64,000 bases of DNA from an uncultured Thermodesulfobacteriota bacterium (lineage in GTDB: Bacteria; Desulfobacterota; B13-G15): assembly GCA_964611295.1 (NCBI GenBank), contig CAZSWV010000006.1, positions 7,571-71,570 of the forward strand. The letters are read 5' to 3'. Shown piece after piece: positions 48,775 through 59,186 of this stretch; the stretch's first letter is position 1; every line of letters starts with the position of its first letter. The notes under the pieces are model-generated. The model saw nothing but the letters and a program-made list of their open reading frames with translations. It was not told where the DNA came from and searched no databases. The translations under genes and the position numbers were made by a program.

Positions 48775-49412
48775 AACCTCAGGGCCGGAAGTTCCACACA
48801 CGTGAGGTTTCCGCCATAGACAGCGCCTGTGTCTATCCCTATCTTGTTTTCCATGACCAAAGGGGCGCGCAGGGGAGTATGTCCGAAGACCACTATTTTA
48901 CCGAAGTCGGCACGTGACCGTATGAACTCCCCACGTATCCACAAAAGGTCTGTCCTTTCCTGTTTCTCCAAGGGGATGCCAGGTCTTAACCCGGCGTGGA
49001 CGAACAAGAACCTTTCAGTCTCGTAGTAAAGGTAAAGGGAAGACAAGAAATCGAGGTGGCTCTCTGGGATGTTGAGCCTCCCTGCTTCCCGGTAAGACCT
49101 TATGGTCGTCCCACCACCGTTGAAGAGGTATAAATCTAGATCTTCACCGGTAAGGAGCCATCTGAGGAACATGTCTTCGTGGTTTCCTAAAAGGCAGATC
49201 GTATGGGGATACTGCTGTTTTAACTCGATTATCCTTTCTATCACACCTTTGGGATCAGGCCCTCTGTCCACATAATCCCCTATGAAGACGATGGAATCCT
49301 CCTCAGGGTTGACCTTTGGCAAGACCACCTTTAGGAGGGCTTCAAGGGGGTCCAAACAGCCGTGTATGTCTCCTATCGCGAAAAAACGCCTTATTTGCCT
49401 CTGACCCACCAC
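48732..49412 (-). CDS. metallophosphoesterase (ApaH / Ser-Thr phosphatase family)
   Basis: GDIHGC, GDYVDRG, GNHE and HAG motifs. Confidence 0.8.
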   Translation of the reverse strand: MVGQRQIRRFFAIGDIHGCLDPLEALLKVVLPKVNPEEDSIVFIGDYVDRGPDPKGVIERIIELKQQYPHTICLLGNHEDMFLRWLLTGEDLDLYLFNGGGTTIRSYREAGRLNIPESHLDFLSSLYLYYETERFLFVHAGLRPGIPLEKQERTDLLWIRGEFIRSRADFGKIVVFGHTPLRAPLVMENKIGIDTGAVYGGNLTCVELPALRFYSVPGWEGGLGLV

Positions 49413-49966
49413 TCTTCTTTAGACTTATCGAACCACCAGTCGCAGAATTCCCTTTCTAAGATGGCCTTTGCTACCTTCTGGCCTGTAGAGGTCCTTATCC
49501 TTTTTAAAGCGTAATCTATCCAAATCTGGGCATAAGGGTTGCCAAGGTCTTTTTGCTGCTTTAATTCAAGGATCAACTCGATCTGGTCGGCATCGCGACT
49601 CAGTTGGGCCTCAGGGCTTTCCCCTTTTTCGAACTCTTCGAGTAAGGCCTTGAACTCCTCAAGGGGTAAGCCATCCAGCATATCCCTTATGGCCCTTTCT
49701 TCATCTGCTTTCACATATCGCTTATAAACGTAATTGTGATCCCCAGTACGGCTCTCTGGAAGGTCATGGATTAGGCACATGAGGAGCACCTTTAAAGGGT
49801 CGGCGTCCTTCTGGACCTTGGCCAGGAGGTACCCTACCAAGGCTGTCCTGAACAGATGGCCCGCTACTGATTGTCCCCCTGAACCAAGGAACCGATAACC
49901 TGTCCTAGGGGTGTGTTGTAACATGCCTATCTCGAAGAGGAAATCGGCAATCCTCTTCAGTTCCAT
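49391..49966 (-). CDS. HD-domain phosphohydrolase (YfbR-like)
   Basis: H...HDLPE...D motif pattern, 191 aa. Confidence 0.8.
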   Translation of the reverse strand: MELKRIADFLFEIGMLQHTPRTGYRFLGSGGQSVAGHLFRTALVGYLLAKVQKDADPLKVLLMCLIHDLPESRTGDHNYVYKRYVKADEERAIRDMLDGLPLEEFKALLEEFEKGESPEAQLSRDADQIELILELKQQKDLGNPYAQIWIDYALKRIRTSTGQKVAKAILEREFCDWWFDKSKEEWWVRGK

Positions 49967-49992
49967 GGCTTCACTAGTTTACGGCAACCGAG

Positions 49993-50022
49993 TTGACAAG
50001 GACAAGGGTTTGAAATTATCAT
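49993..50022 (+). promoter_or_regulatory. candidate sigma70-like promoter for rplM-rpsI-argC
   Basis: TTGACA at 49993-49998, an 18-nt spacer, then TATCAT at 50017-50022. Confidence 0.5.
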
Positions 50023-50077
50023 CAAACAGGCGGTCGGGGCGGCCTGACTGCCTTTCTTTTGTAAGGAGGGAAAGGGG

Positions 50078-50518
50078 ATGAGGACCTTTCATCTGACCAA
50101 GGAAGAGGCAATGGCACAGAGGAAGTGGTACGTAGTGGATGCAGCAGGTAAAGTCCTTGGACGTTTGGCTTCTGAGGTTGCCAAGATCCTCAGGGGGAAA
50201 CACAAGCCGGTCTTCAGTCCCCATGTGGACGTAGGGGACTTCGTAATAGTGGTGAACGCAGACAAGGTCAAGTTGACGGGTAAAAAATGGCAGAAAAAGC
50301 TCTACCATTTCCATTCCGGTTACCCTGGTGGGCTTAAGACCTATACGGCTGAACAACTCTTTCAGAAAAAGCCCGAGGAGCTCATAAGGATTGCCGTTTG
50401 GGGTATGCTCCCTAAGAACAGGTTGGGGAGGAAACTTTATCGTAAACTTAAGGTCTACAGGGGGCCTGAGCACCCTCACAAGGCCCAGATGCCCGAGCCC
50501 TTGGAGATCGATGCCTAA
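50078..50518 (+). CDS. rplM: 50S ribosomal protein L13
   Basis: [17 protein letters not shown]..., the canonical L13. Confidence 0.95.
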   Translation: MRTFHLTKEEAMAQRKWYVVDAAGKVLGRLASEVAKILRGKHKPVFSPHVDVGDFVIVVNADKVKLTGKKWQKKLYHFHSGYPGGLKTYTAEQLFQKKPEELIRIAVWGMLPKNRLGRKLYRKLKVYRGPEHPHKAQMPEPLEIDA

Positions 50519-50529
50519 GGAGGTAGCAG

Positions 50530-50931
50530 ATGGAGCAAGAGGTCCAGCGCTTTTACGGAACTGGGAAACGCAAAACGGCAGTGGCGAGGGTGTGGCTCAA
50601 GATGCCTGGAAAGGGCGAGATATTGGTGAACAAAAGGCCTCTTGAGGATTACTTCCCTCGGGAGACCCTTCGCCTCATGCTCCTTCAGCCCTTCCGTTTG
50701 ACAGATACCTTGGGCAAGTTTGACGTCTACGTAAACGTAAGAGGCGGTGGGATATCGGGGCAGGCTGGGGCCATACGTCATGGAATAGCCAAGGCCCTTG
50801 TGGAGTACGATCCCGAGTTGAGGTCCATCTTGAAGAAGGCGGGGCTTCTGACCCGCGACGCCCGTAAGAAGGAACGAAAGAAGTACGGACAGAGAGGTGC
50901 AAGGGCGAGGTTCCAGTACTCCAAGCGTTAA
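50530..50931 (+). CDS. rpsI: 30S ribosomal protein S9
   Basis: Ends ...[11 protein letters not shown], the canonical S9. Confidence 0.95.
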   Translation: MEQEVQRFYGTGKRKTAVARVWLKMPGKGEILVNKRPLEDYFPRETLRLMLLQPFRLTDTLGKFDVYVNVRGGGISGQAGAIRHGIAKALVEYDPELRSILKKAGLLTRDARKKERKKYGQRGARARFQYSKR

Positions 50932-51961
50932 ACCCCTGCGGGTCGGGATCCTCGGGGCAAGCGGTTATACCGGTTACGAGCTCATCCGACTCCTGAAGAA
51001 GCACCCGTATGTGGAAATAACGGTCCTTACCGCTGAGCGACATGCGGACAAGTCACCTGAAGAGCTCTTCCCCTCCTTGAGGGGGGAAGCCCTTCCGCGT
51101 TTTTTGCCCCTTGATGCCGAAGGTCTAGGGGAGATGGCTGACCTGTTTTTCTTGGCGCTGCCCCATGGGGTTTCTATGAAAGCCATTAAGTCGTTATGGG
51201 ACGGCCAGAGGAAATTCATAGACCTAAGCGCTGACTTCAGGTTAAAGGACCCTGGGCTTTACCGTCAGTGGTATGGAGAACACCTCTTTCCTGAACTTTT
51301 GAAAGAGGCCGTTTATGGGCTGCCTGAAAAGTACAGGGAGGAGATAAAGGGGGCAAGGCTTGTAGCCAATCCGGGGTGTTATCCTACGGCAGTCCTAATA
51401 GGGCTCATGCCTGTGGTGGAGAAGGGGCTTATCAGCCCCCAAGTAATCGTCGATGCCAAAAGCGGCGTAAGCGGTGCCGGTAGGGCCCTCGAAGAAGGGC
51501 TGATGTTCTGCGAAGTAGCCGAATCCATAAGGGCCTACGGGGTTTTAGTCCACCGGCATAAGCCCGAAATGGAACAGGAACTCACAAGGCTTTCTGGAAG
51601 GGACTTCCAAGTGGAATTCGTGCCCCACCTTGTCCCTATGAACCGGGGGATCTTAGCCACCATCTACTGTAAACTGGAGGAGGCCGTCACCGAAAAGGAA
51701 CTTTACCAACTTTACCTAGAAAAGTTCAAAGGTGAGCCCTTCGTCAAGGTCTTCCCCCCAGGCCGGTTCCCTTCTACCTCATCAGTGAGGGGGACAAACT
51801 TCTGCTCGATAGGCCTAAGGGTACAGGGTAAGACCCTAGTGGTCATCTCTGCTATAGACAACTTGACCAAGGGTGCATCAGGACAGGCCATACAGAACAT
51901 GAACCTCATGGCAGGATTCCCTGAAACTACGGCACTTGAAGGCCTAGCCCTTTACCCCTAA
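50897..51961 (+). CDS. argC: N-acetyl-gamma-glutamyl-phosphate reductase
   Basis: [18 protein letters not shown] and an active-site Cys region (..PGCYPT..). The GTG start as annotated overlaps rpsI by 35 nt, and the true start is uncertain. Confidence 0.85.
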   Translation: MQGRGSSTPSVKPLRVGILGASGYTGYELIRLLKKHPYVEITVLTAERHADKSPEELFPSLRGEALPRFLPLDAEGLGEMADLFFLALPHGVSMKAIKSLWDGQRKFIDLSADFRLKDPGLYRQWYGEHLFPELLKEAVYGLPEKYREEIKGARLVANPGCYPTAVLIGLMPVVEKGLISPQVIVDAKSGVSGAGRALEEGLMFCEVAESIRAYGVLVHRHKPEMEQELTRLSGRDFQVEFVPHLVPMNRGILATIYCKLEEAVTEKELYQLYLEKFKGEPFVKVFPPGRFPSTSSVRGTNFCSIGLRVQGKTLVVISAIDNLTKGASGQAIQNMNLMAGFPETTALEGLALYP

Positions 51962-52045
51962 AAGACGACCAGATGGCCTTGAAGGAGAAAAGGCTTAATT
52001 GTTATCCTCGTATTAAGAACATAGTTCATAAAAGGAGAACTCACT

Positions 52046-52750
52046 TTGGCTGAGAGGAAGGTTCCAGCTGTAGAGCAGGTGGGGCGGATACTCCTCTATC
52101 TGGCCAAGTCGCCTCGTTTTAAGGTGAAGTTGACGGATATAGCGCGTGATCTAGGCATCCATAAAAGTCGGGTCTTTTACATTTTGAACACCCTTAAGGA
52201 GTTTGGGCTTATAGAAAAGGACCCGGAGAGCAAGGCCTATAGTCTTGGTCCTGCTTTGATCTTTATGGGGGAGAAGGTCTTGGACAATCTCGATTTCAAG
52301 GACAAGGCCGAAAGGACCCTCAAGGCCTTGGCTAAGGAGACGGGTTGTACTGCCTTTTTGGGGCGGATAGCCGAGGACAAGGTGTACGTGGTGGCGAAGG
52401 AGTATGCAGATGACGGCGTAAAGATAACCATTCCCCTTGGTTACCGTTTCCCTTCTAACTACGGGGCCTTGGGTAAGGTATTGTTGGCCTTCTCTCAGGA
52501 CTTAAAGGGGACAGGGGCCTTCTCAGAGGAGGAGCTTGAGAAGTGTAGGCGGCTAGGTTTTGCCATGGACATAAGGGAGGTGGACCCGCGCTTTTCAAGC
52601 GTGGCAGCCCCTGTTTTTGACAGATATGGGAAGGTCGTGGCCATCATCTTCCTGGTCGGTACCTTTAACGAAGAGCAGGCCCACCAATACGGTCAAAAGG
52701 TCGCCAAGGCAGCTAAGGACTTCACCAAGGCCATAGGTGGATCCCTTTAA
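52046..52750 (+). CDS. IclR-family transcriptional regulator
   Basis: N-terminal wHTH (ILLYLAKSP...LTDIARDLGIHKSRVFYIL) plus a C-terminal IclR effector domain. TTG start. Confidence 0.8.
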   Translation: MAERKVPAVEQVGRILLYLAKSPRFKVKLTDIARDLGIHKSRVFYILNTLKEFGLIEKDPESKAYSLGPALIFMGEKVLDNLDFKDKAERTLKALAKETGCTAFLGRIAEDKVYVVAKEYADDGVKITIPLGYRFPSNYGALGKVLLAFSQDLKGTGAFSEEELEKCRRLGFAMDIREVDPRFSSVAAPVFDRYGKVVAIIFLVGTFNEEQAHQYGQKVAKAAKDFTKAIGGSL

Positions 52751-53712
52751 AGGGTCCTTAGGGCCTTAGCCAGGTCCCCCTTTTTGGGCACGGTTCCTTC
52801 TAAGAGGCGCGCCCGTGAAAGGTCCTCACCTATGAGTTCTTCTACTTTTACCTTTGCCTTCTTTGGACCTATGGCCCTTCCTATGGCCTTTCCTATTACG
52901 GGGTGTTTCAAGAGCTCACCTGGTGAGAAGATCTCGAATTCGTCACCGATCCTTACCCCTGAGGCCCTTCCGGCGTTAAGGAGGACTATTTCTTCCTTTG
53001 CTTCGGCTATCGAGGTGTTCCATTCCGCTTGTGCAAAGGCCAATTGGATGCTATGGGCCAGGTTTTTCGAAGCCTCTTCCAGGGCCTTTTGTAGGGCCCT
53101 TGAGGACTTACCTGGGCCTTGGGATTTGGAGGATTCAAGGAGGTTCTGTCCCGTGGCCCTCTTTAAGGGTTCACCGGTCTCCGTACTTATGACCAGGGCT
53201 TCCATCTTAACTGAGGCATAGGCGTTTTCGCTATCCTGTCCTGTGAGCAATTCCTTCACTTCTCCCTTTATCACCGCATGTACCCCAAGGGCCTTCCAAA
53301 GTTCCCAGAGTCCTTCAGGGGTCTCGACGGGGTTTTTGCCTAAGGCCTCTTTCTCCACTATTACAAAGGCCCCGCTTTCCACGAGATGGCTAACCAAAAG
53401 CTCTCGAGCCCTTCGTCCTATTCCTTTGAACTCCATGGGGAGTTTGCCTTCCTCGAGGTCAAGTACCAAGGCCTTGAACTTGTAACGGAGCGGTAAGACA
53501 GCGGGAGCTGGTGCAGGTGCTGTTTCGGTCAGGGATGGGGGTGTCCCATAGGGACGGGCCTGGTAGGTAGTAGCTGTACGCCTTGTCTCACGTAGGGGTC
53601 TGCTTACTTCCCAACGGAGTTCTTGGGTTTGCCTTTCGGTTTTTTCCTTTTTCCAAGAGGCACAGCTTAGACAGAGGATCAAAGCCAGGGATAAAGCCAT
53701 AAGCCTCTTCAT
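52747..53712 (-). CDS. lipoprotein, CsgG/LpoB-like fold family (tentative)
   Basis: Start MKRLMALSLALILCLSC with RBS GGAGGAAGG. The region FKALVLDLEE...FKGIGRRARELLVSHLVESGAFVIVEKEAL matches the CsgG-family core pattern. Confidence 0.4.
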   Translation of the reverse strand: MKRLMALSLALILCLSCASWKKEKTERQTQELRWEVSRPLRETRRTATTYQARPYGTPPSLTETAPAPAPAVLPLRYKFKALVLDLEEGKLPMEFKGIGRRARELLVSHLVESGAFVIVEKEALGKNPVETPEGLWELWKALGVHAVIKGEVKELLTGQDSENAYASVKMEALVISTETGEPLKRATGQNLLESSKSQGPGKSSRALQKALEEASKNLAHSIQLAFAQAEWNTSIAEAKEEIVLLNAGRASGVRIGDEFEIFSPGELLKHPVIGKAIGRAIGPKKAKVKVEELIGEDLSRARLLEGTVPKKGDLAKALRTL

Positions 53713-54443
53713 TTTCCTTCCTCCAGCTGAAAGATTATGGGCCACATTTCGTGGGTGTAACCCCCCTTCTGGTCGAAGATAAACAAAGGGGACTCGACCT
53801 TAAGCCCCTCTTTTGCCCCTTTTACGGCCTCGACAAGGACCATCCTCGAAGGTTTACCTGGACTTGGGTGGACGAATCTGAGCCTTTTCGGTTCCAGTCT
53901 ATGGGCCTTCATAGCGTAAAGGAGCCTGAGGAGCCTCTCCGGGGGATATATGTAATAGCAGCGACCTCCGTACTTAAGCAGGTAAGAACTCGCCCTGAGG
54001 AAGTCCTCTATTGTTCCCAGGACCTCATGACGTGCAAGGACCTCTTGGGTATGGAGGCTTAAGCGCCCGTGGCCCTTGGGGAAATAAGGAGGGTTGCACA
54101 CCACTAGGTCAAAACCTTGGGCTTCCAGGTGTCTATGGCACTCCTTGACGTCCATCTCAAGGACCCTCATCCGTTCCGATACCCCGTTCAACTCCGCGTT
54201 CTTTTTCGCCAATTCCGCTAGCTCCTTTTGGACCTCCAAGGCCACTATTTCCAATTCCTTGAACTTCCTCGCCAGGATCACTGCGATTACGCCGTTTCCG
54301 GTTCCAAGCTCAAGGGCCTTCTCTCCCCTTTTCACCTTGACCCATGAAGCCAATATAGGGGCATCCACCGAAAACCTATAGCCCTCTTTGGGCTGAAGGA
54401 GCTTGATCCGACCCGAAAAGAGGCTGTCAAGGGTTGTCTCCAT
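53709..54443 (-). CDS. tRNA (adenine-N6)-methyltransferase-like (TrmN6/YfiC family)
   Basis: VVCNPPYF (NPPY) and an AdoMet motif LELGTGNGVI. The likely start is the ATG at 54443 (METTLD...). The track ORF extends to a TTG at 54470. Confidence 0.65.
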   Translation of the reverse strand: METTLDSLFSGRIKLLQPKEGYRFSVDAPILASWVKVKRGEKALELGTGNGVIAVILARKFKELEIVALEVQKELAELAKKNAELNGVSERMRVLEMDVKECHRHLEAQGFDLVVCNPPYFPKGHGRLSLHTQEVLARHEVLGTIEDFLRASSYLLKYGGRCYYIYPPERLLRLLYAMKAHRLEPKRLRFVHPSPGKPSRMVLVEAVKGAKEGLKVESPLFIFDQKGGYTHEMWPIIFQLEEGK

Positions 54444-55626
54444 CGAGTTCGAAGACCTGAAAGAAGACAAGCCCCGTGGGCACCTTCGGGTAAAAATAGG
54501 TGGACTTTTTGGGCATCAAAAGCCCCCTTTTTGCTACCTCGGCTACTTCCCTGGGGTTTACAGCTCGCAAAAGGAAGACAGCCTGAGCCACCCCGTCCTC
54601 CAAGGCCTTTAAGGCCTCATCCATCTCCTTAACGTATGAGACTTCCCCCTGTAGGCCTTTGAGAACCAGTTCGTCTATGACCCACGGGTCTATCCTCCCA
54701 AAGGGATACGGTAGGTCCCTCTTGGGCCTTATCATCAAGGGGTTTCTGTCTTTTTCCCAAAAGACCATCCCCTTGCCTTCCATGAGGATGGTGGGGATGG
54801 CCTCCTTTGATGTCTCCTGACAGGAAAAGTTCTCCATAAGGTTTTTCCTCAACGCCTCAAGCCTTGTCCCATCGAGGCCTTTCAGTAGTCTGTGTACGGG
54901 CAATATTACCAATCCCTCGTATTCCATGCCCGTAAGGTAGGCCAGTATGTAATCCTCAAGTCCCCTGTTCTTCCCTGAGGCAAGCCTCCTTTCCCTTAGG
55001 AGCCTTGCAGTTTTGAGCCGGTGGTGGCCGTCTGCCAAAAAGAGCTCCTGGTCTGAGAGCTTCCCCTTTATTTTGGAGATCTCCTCTTGGTCGTACACGG
55101 CCCAGAGGGTGTGCTCTACTCCTTCTTCGTCCTTGAAGGAGAAACGGGGCTCTAAGGCCTCTACCTTGGACAAGAGGGCCTCTATTTCGCCTTTCGGGTC
55201 AGAATAAAGGGAGAAGACTTCCCCGGTTTGTATCCCCGTGTGTTCCAAAAGTTCAAGGCGCTCCCTTACGACCTCTTCGAAGGTATGTTCGTGCTCCCTT
55301 ATGATGGTGTCGAGCTTCAACAGGCATATGAAACCCCACCGCTTGAGTTTTCGTCCTTCGTACGAGAACACCTGTCTATAGGGGTATATGGCCTCATGGT
55401 GCTCCCTTTCGAAGACACCCTGGCTAAGCCATTGCTTCAAGGTTTCCCTGGCTTCAAGGGGGCTATTGGGCAAGATGAGCCTTATGACGTTTAAAGGATG
55501 CCTGATGTAAAACTTGAGCCTTTCTTCAGGGGATATGACGTCATAAGGGGGGGTGACCACAAGGGATATGTCCTTGACCTTTTCAGGGGAATAGTAAAGG
55601 GCACAGAAGGGGCTGATTTCAGCCAT
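54427..55626 (-). CDS. conserved hypothetical protein (DUF1015-like, tentative)
   Basis: 399 aa, N-terminus ...FCALYYSPEKV...VVTPPYDVIS. The family assignment is from memory only. Confidence 0.3.
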   Translation of the reverse strand: MAEISPFCALYYSPEKVKDISLVVTPPYDVISPEERLKFYIRHPLNVIRLILPNSPLEARETLKQWLSQGVFEREHHEAIYPYRQVFSYEGRKLKRWGFICLLKLDTIIREHEHTFEEVVRERLELLEHTGIQTGEVFSLYSDPKGEIEALLSKVEALEPRFSFKDEEGVEHTLWAVYDQEEISKIKGKLSDQELFLADGHHRLKTARLLRERRLASGKNRGLEDYILAYLTGMEYEGLVILPVHRLLKGLDGTRLEALRKNLMENFSCQETSKEAIPTILMEGKGMVFWEKDRNPLMIRPKRDLPYPFGRIDPWVIDELVLKGLQGEVSYVKEMDEALKALEDGVAQAVFLLRAVNPREVAEVAKRGLLMPKKSTYFYPKVPTGLVFFQVFELDGDNP

Positions 55627-56406
55627 CTACCAGATCTCCCTCACCTTTACCCCTTTTTGGGCTAGGTATTGTTTTATCTCCCTTATGGTATATTGCCCGT
55701 AGTGGACCATAGAGGCGATCAAGGCTGCATCTGCCTTACCCGTGGTGAGGACCTCGTATAGGTGTTCGGGATGACCCGCTCCGCCTGAGGCCACAACGGG
55801 GATGGAGACGGCTTCGGAGATCATACGCGTGATCCTCAGCTCATAACCCTGCTGGGTCCCATCGGCATCAATGGAGTTCAGGCATATCTCCCCTGCTCCT
55901 AACCTTTCTGCCTCCTTTGCCCACCATAGGGCATCTATCCCCGTAGGGGTTCTCCCACCGTTTATCCAAACCTCATAGCCTGAGGGGATCCTTTCGGACT
56001 CACCCACATATAGCACGTCCATGCCTAGGACGATAGATTGACTGCCAAAGGCCTTTGCCCCTTCGTAGATGAGCCTTGGGTTCTTCACCGCTGCCGTATT
56101 TATGGATACCTTCTCGGCACCTGCCAATAGAACCTCCCTCATCTCCTCGAGGCTCTTTATGCCACCACCGACCGTAAGGGGTATGAAGATCTCCCTTGCC
56201 ACCCGGTCCACAAGGTCTATGACGATCTTCCGCGATTCAGCCGAGGCCGTTATGTCGTAAAAGACTATTTCATCGGCCCCGTCTTCATAATAACGCCTGG
56301 CCATCTCCACAGGATCCCCTACTGGGACGTTATCCTTGAACTTTACCCCCTTTGTGGTCATCCTATCCTTTACATCAAGGCATACGACAATCCTTTTACT
56401 GAGCAT
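55627..56406 (-). CDS. hisF: imidazole glycerol phosphate synthase cyclase subunit
   Basis: [10 protein letters not shown]...PLTVGGGI..., the canonical HisF. Confidence 0.95.
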   Translation of the reverse strand: MLSKRIVVCLDVKDRMTTKGVKFKDNVPVGDPVEMARRYYEDGADEIVFYDITASAESRKIVIDLVDRVAREIFIPLTVGGGIKSLEEMREVLLAGAEKVSINTAAVKNPRLIYEGAKAFGSQSIVLGMDVLYVGESERIPSGYEVWINGGRTPTGIDALWWAKEAERLGAGEICLNSIDADGTQQGYELRITRMISEAVSIPVVASGGAGHPEHLYEVLTTGKADAALIASMVHYGQYTIREIKQYLAQKGVKVREIW

Positions 56407-56411
56407 CTTCC

Positions 56412-57038
56412 TTACGGGTTAAATCGACAAAAGTTCTCAAGCACCCTAAGCCCTGGTCTACCGCTTTTTTCAGGATGGAACTGCACCGCCCATAGGTTAC
56501 CATGAGCGATGGCAGAAGGGAACTCGATGCCATATTCGGTGATCCCAAGGATTATCTCCTCCTGCTCAGGCTCGGGGTAGAAGCTGTGCACAAAGTAAAA
56601 TTCGTGCCTTGGGTCAATCCCCTCGAAGAGCCGATGCGCCTTTACAGGCCTTACCCGGTTCCAACCCATCTGGGGCACCTTGAGCCTTTCCCCTTGCTTG
56701 TCAAAAAGCGGCTCCGGAAACCTCACTACCTTCCCCTTTAGGAAGCCAAGGGTTTGAGTAGGCCCTTCCTGGCTCTTCTCGAAGATGATCTGTATGCCAA
56801 GGCAGATCCCAAGCATAGGCCTCCCAGAGAGGAAGAATTCCCTTAAGGCCTCATCAAGTCCCTTTTGCCTCAGGTGCTCCATGGCCTTTCCAGCAGCACC
56901 TACCCCTGGGAAGATCAGTCTTTCGGCCCGAAGGACCTCCTCGGGGTCTGAGGTTATAAAGGATTTGAACCCCAAAAAATCAAGGGCCCTTTTAACACTT
57001 GTAAGGTTTCCTGCCTCGTAGTCCAAAATGGCGACCAT
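56412..57038 (-). CDS. hisH: imidazole glycerol phosphate synthase glutaminase subunit
   Basis: [14 protein letters not shown]...GICLGIQ...VQFHPEKS, the class I GATase triad. Confidence 0.9.
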   Translation of the reverse strand: MVAILDYEAGNLTSVKRALDFLGFKSFITSDPEEVLRAERLIFPGVGAAGKAMEHLRQKGLDEALREFFLSGRPMLGICLGIQIIFEKSQEGPTQTLGFLKGKVVRFPEPLFDKQGERLKVPQMGWNRVRPVKAHRLFEGIDPRHEFYFVHSFYPEPEQEEIILGITEYGIEFPSAIAHGNLWAVQFHPEKSGRPGLRVLENFCRFNP

Positions 57039-57067
57039 CTTGGTGGTTTTAGCAAACTTTTATCCCT

Positions 57068-57097
57068 TTGACAATTTTAAGGCCCATGTGGGATATT
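57068..57097 (+). promoter_or_regulatory. weak candidate promoter for the OTase gene
   Basis: TTGACA at 57068-57073 and GATATT at 57092-57097 with an 18-nt spacer. This would make the ATG at 57107 nearly leaderless. Confidence 0.25.
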
Positions 57098-57106
57098 AAC
57101 GGAAAA

Positions 57107-59119
57107 ATGAAACGGCCTTTTTTAGTTGCGCTTGTCCTCTTTGGTTTATGTTTTGCCTTTAAGCTCTACCAGGCCAGATGGATCTTCCAGCATAAGCCCT
57201 TTTACTTTACCAAGGACGGTACCCCAGTGCTCACAGAGGCAGATGGCTATTATTTCCTCAGGCTTGGAGAGCTCATAGCGGAGGGGCAGTACCGTCCAGG
57301 GGCACCCGATCCCCTAAGGAACGCTCCTGACAACCAAAGGCCCCTAGAAAGCAAAAAGGTCCCTCTGCCCTTTCTTCCTCCCCTTTTGAGCTTCCTTTTG
57401 GCAGTGACGAAGTGGCTTACAGGTAAAGACATAGAGAGGGCTTTTTTGGCCTTTCCTTTGATCCCCTTCCTTTCCTCCCTTCAGGTCTTTCCCATGTTTT
57501 ACCTTGGGAGAAGGCTTGGGGGGAACCTCTTAGGTGTGGGGCTTGCCCTTGGTGCATCTTTTTCCTTGGAGTACCTCATAAGGACGGACATCTTAAGGCT
57601 CGATACCGATGCCTTGAACCTCTTTTTCCTCTTTTCGGTAGCCCTTTTGCTCTTAAGGCTCCTTGACCGTTGGTCCTTTAAGGACCTGATAGGTCTGAGC
57701 ATAATGGTGCATCTCTTCCAGTTGTGGTATGCCCATCCTGGGCTCCTCATACCCCTTTTTGCCTTTTTCGCCCTCTCTTTGCTCCTTAAGGAGAAGGACC
57801 TGGGAGTTACCCTCAAGAGGACAGCCCTTGTGCTGTTTTTTTCCAACCCCTTTATCCTTTACCAGGGCCTTTTTAACCTCTTGGACCTATTCAAGGGCTA
57901 CATCCCGGGCCTCATAAAGGAAGAAAACCCCTTTATCCCCAGGGCTGTTTTTGCCCAATCTGTAAGCGAGCTTCAGAAACTCAGCCCTGAAAGGGTCTTC
58001 CGAATGACAGCTGTCCATCCCTTTTTGGGTTACCTAAGCCTTCTAGGGCTGTTTGTGCTCTACCTGAGGGAAAGGCGTGCCCTTTTGCTTTTCCCCCTCA
58101 TGCTCTTGGGGATGATGTCCCTTTTTGGGGCAAGGCGTTTCATGGTCTACTTGGGCCCCTTTGTCGGCCTTGGGCTTGGTGTCCTAGTCCAAGTGGTCTT
58201 TGAAATTACGAGGAAGCGATACGAAAAAGCGCCCCTTTTCCCTTTGGAGCTAGGCCTCGGTGTGCTTTTGTTCCTCTCCGTAATACACCCCAGTCGTTTC
58301 GCCATAAGGCCCCTTCCGCCCATAACCCCTGGTTTGATGGAGGGGATAAAGCTCTTAAAGGAGATAGCCCCAGAGGGGTGTTTTGTCTGGTCGTGGTGGG
58401 ATTACGGTTACCCCATAGCACAGGGCTCCAAACGGGCCGTCTACCATGACGGGGGTAGTTGGGGAGGGCCGAAGAGCCTACTTGTGGCAAGGAGCTTTGT
58501 ATTACCTCCTTTTAAGGCCTATAACGTGGTCAACGGGACTACTGCCCTTGGAGAGGAGGGGATAAGGGAGCTGTTGAAGGGGGGCAAAAGCCCAGGGGAG
58601 ATCCTCAGGGAAGTAGAGGAAGGGAGGCACAACCGTCCTCTTAAGGAGAAAGTGTACCTCCTTTTTTCAGGACTTGACGTGAGGAAGTTCTACTGGATCT
58701 CCTTTTTCGGGACATGGGACCCTGACAGGCGCCAAGGCCTACACCTCTTCTACCTCCCTTTGGGGCTCTGCCAAGAAACCCCCCAAGGCTTTATGTGCCA
58801 GCGGGGTTCTGTGGACCTAAAAAAGGGCCTTGCAGAGGAGATGGAATCAGGAGTCCTATCCATAGGTAGGGTGGAAAAGGTGAGACTTTCCACAGATGAT
58901 AGGTTTTTGTCAAAAGAGATCCTAAGGGAGGGAGAGGGGGTGTTATTCTTCCTTGTGGAGAAGGAGGGGAGGCTTTTTGGCTTTTTGGCCCACCCTATGG
59001 TCCAGAAGACTACCTTTCACAAGTTGTTTTTCGAAGCGGAAGAGGGCCTTTTTAAGCTTGTGCTTTCTGATTTTCCGAGGTTCAGGATATACGAAGTCTT
59101 AGGTGAAAATCTTCCTTGA
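57107..59119 (+). CDS. STT3/AglB/PglB-family oligosaccharyltransferase
   Basis: The WWDYGY catalytic motif lies in SWWDYGYPIAQ, followed by DGGSW. A DK-type motif LDVRKFYWI (DxxKxxxI) is present. The EL1 motif TEADGYYFLR resembles Stt3 E-x-D-x-W/Y-F/Y-x-x-R, and there are about 11-13 N-terminal TM segments. Alternative upstream starts are TTG 57068 and ATG 57086. Confidence 0.7.
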   Translation: MKRPFLVALVLFGLCFAFKLYQARWIFQHKPFYFTKDGTPVLTEADGYYFLRLGELIAEGQYRPGAPDPLRNAPDNQRPLESKKVPLPFLPPLLSFLLAVTKWLTGKDIERAFLAFPLIPFLSSLQVFPMFYLGRRLGGNLLGVGLALGASFSLEYLIRTDILRLDTDALNLFFLFSVALLLLRLLDRWSFKDLIGLSIMVHLFQLWYAHPGLLIPLFAFFALSLLLKEKDLGVTLKRTALVLFFSNPFILYQGLFNLLDLFKGYIPGLIKEENPFIPRAVFAQSVSELQKLSPERVFRMTAVHPFLGYLSLLGLFVLYLRERRALLLFPLMLLGMMSLFGARRFMVYLGPFVGLGLGVLVQVVFEITRKRYEKAPLFPLELGLGVLLFLSVIHPSRFAIRPLPPITPGLMEGIKLLKEIAPEGCFVWSWWDYGYPIAQGSKRAVYHDGGSWGGPKSLLVARSFVLPPFKAYNVVNGTTALGEEGIRELLKGGKSPGEILREVEEGRHNRPLKEKVYLLFSGLDVRKFYWISFFGTWDPDRRQGLHLFYLPLGLCQETPQGFMCQRGSVDLKKGLAEEMESGVLSIGRVEKVRLSTDDRFLSKEILREGEGVLFFLVEKEGRLFGFLAHPMVQKTTFHKLFFEAEEGLFKLVLSDFPRFRIYEVLGENLP

Positions 59120-59145
59120 CACCAAAGGGCTTTGTGGCATTAAAT
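59116..59145 (+). promoter_or_regulatory. candidate promoter for the pilin gene
   Basis: TTGACA at 59116-59121 overlapping the OTase stop, an 18-nt spacer, then TTAAAT at 59140-59145. The pilin RBS is AAAGGAGGG. Confidence 0.4.
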
Positions 59146-59186
59146 AGCTGTGTGGTTTTTTTAAAAAACTCGAAAGGAGGGTTGTC

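Noticed and set aside
59135-59149. Sigma54 (-24/-12) promoter TGGCAT-N-GC upstream of the pilin gene
   Set aside because: The GG and GC dinucleotides are separated by 9 nt rather than the required 10 nt. A reasonable sigma70-type TTGACA/TTAAAT pair is present instead.
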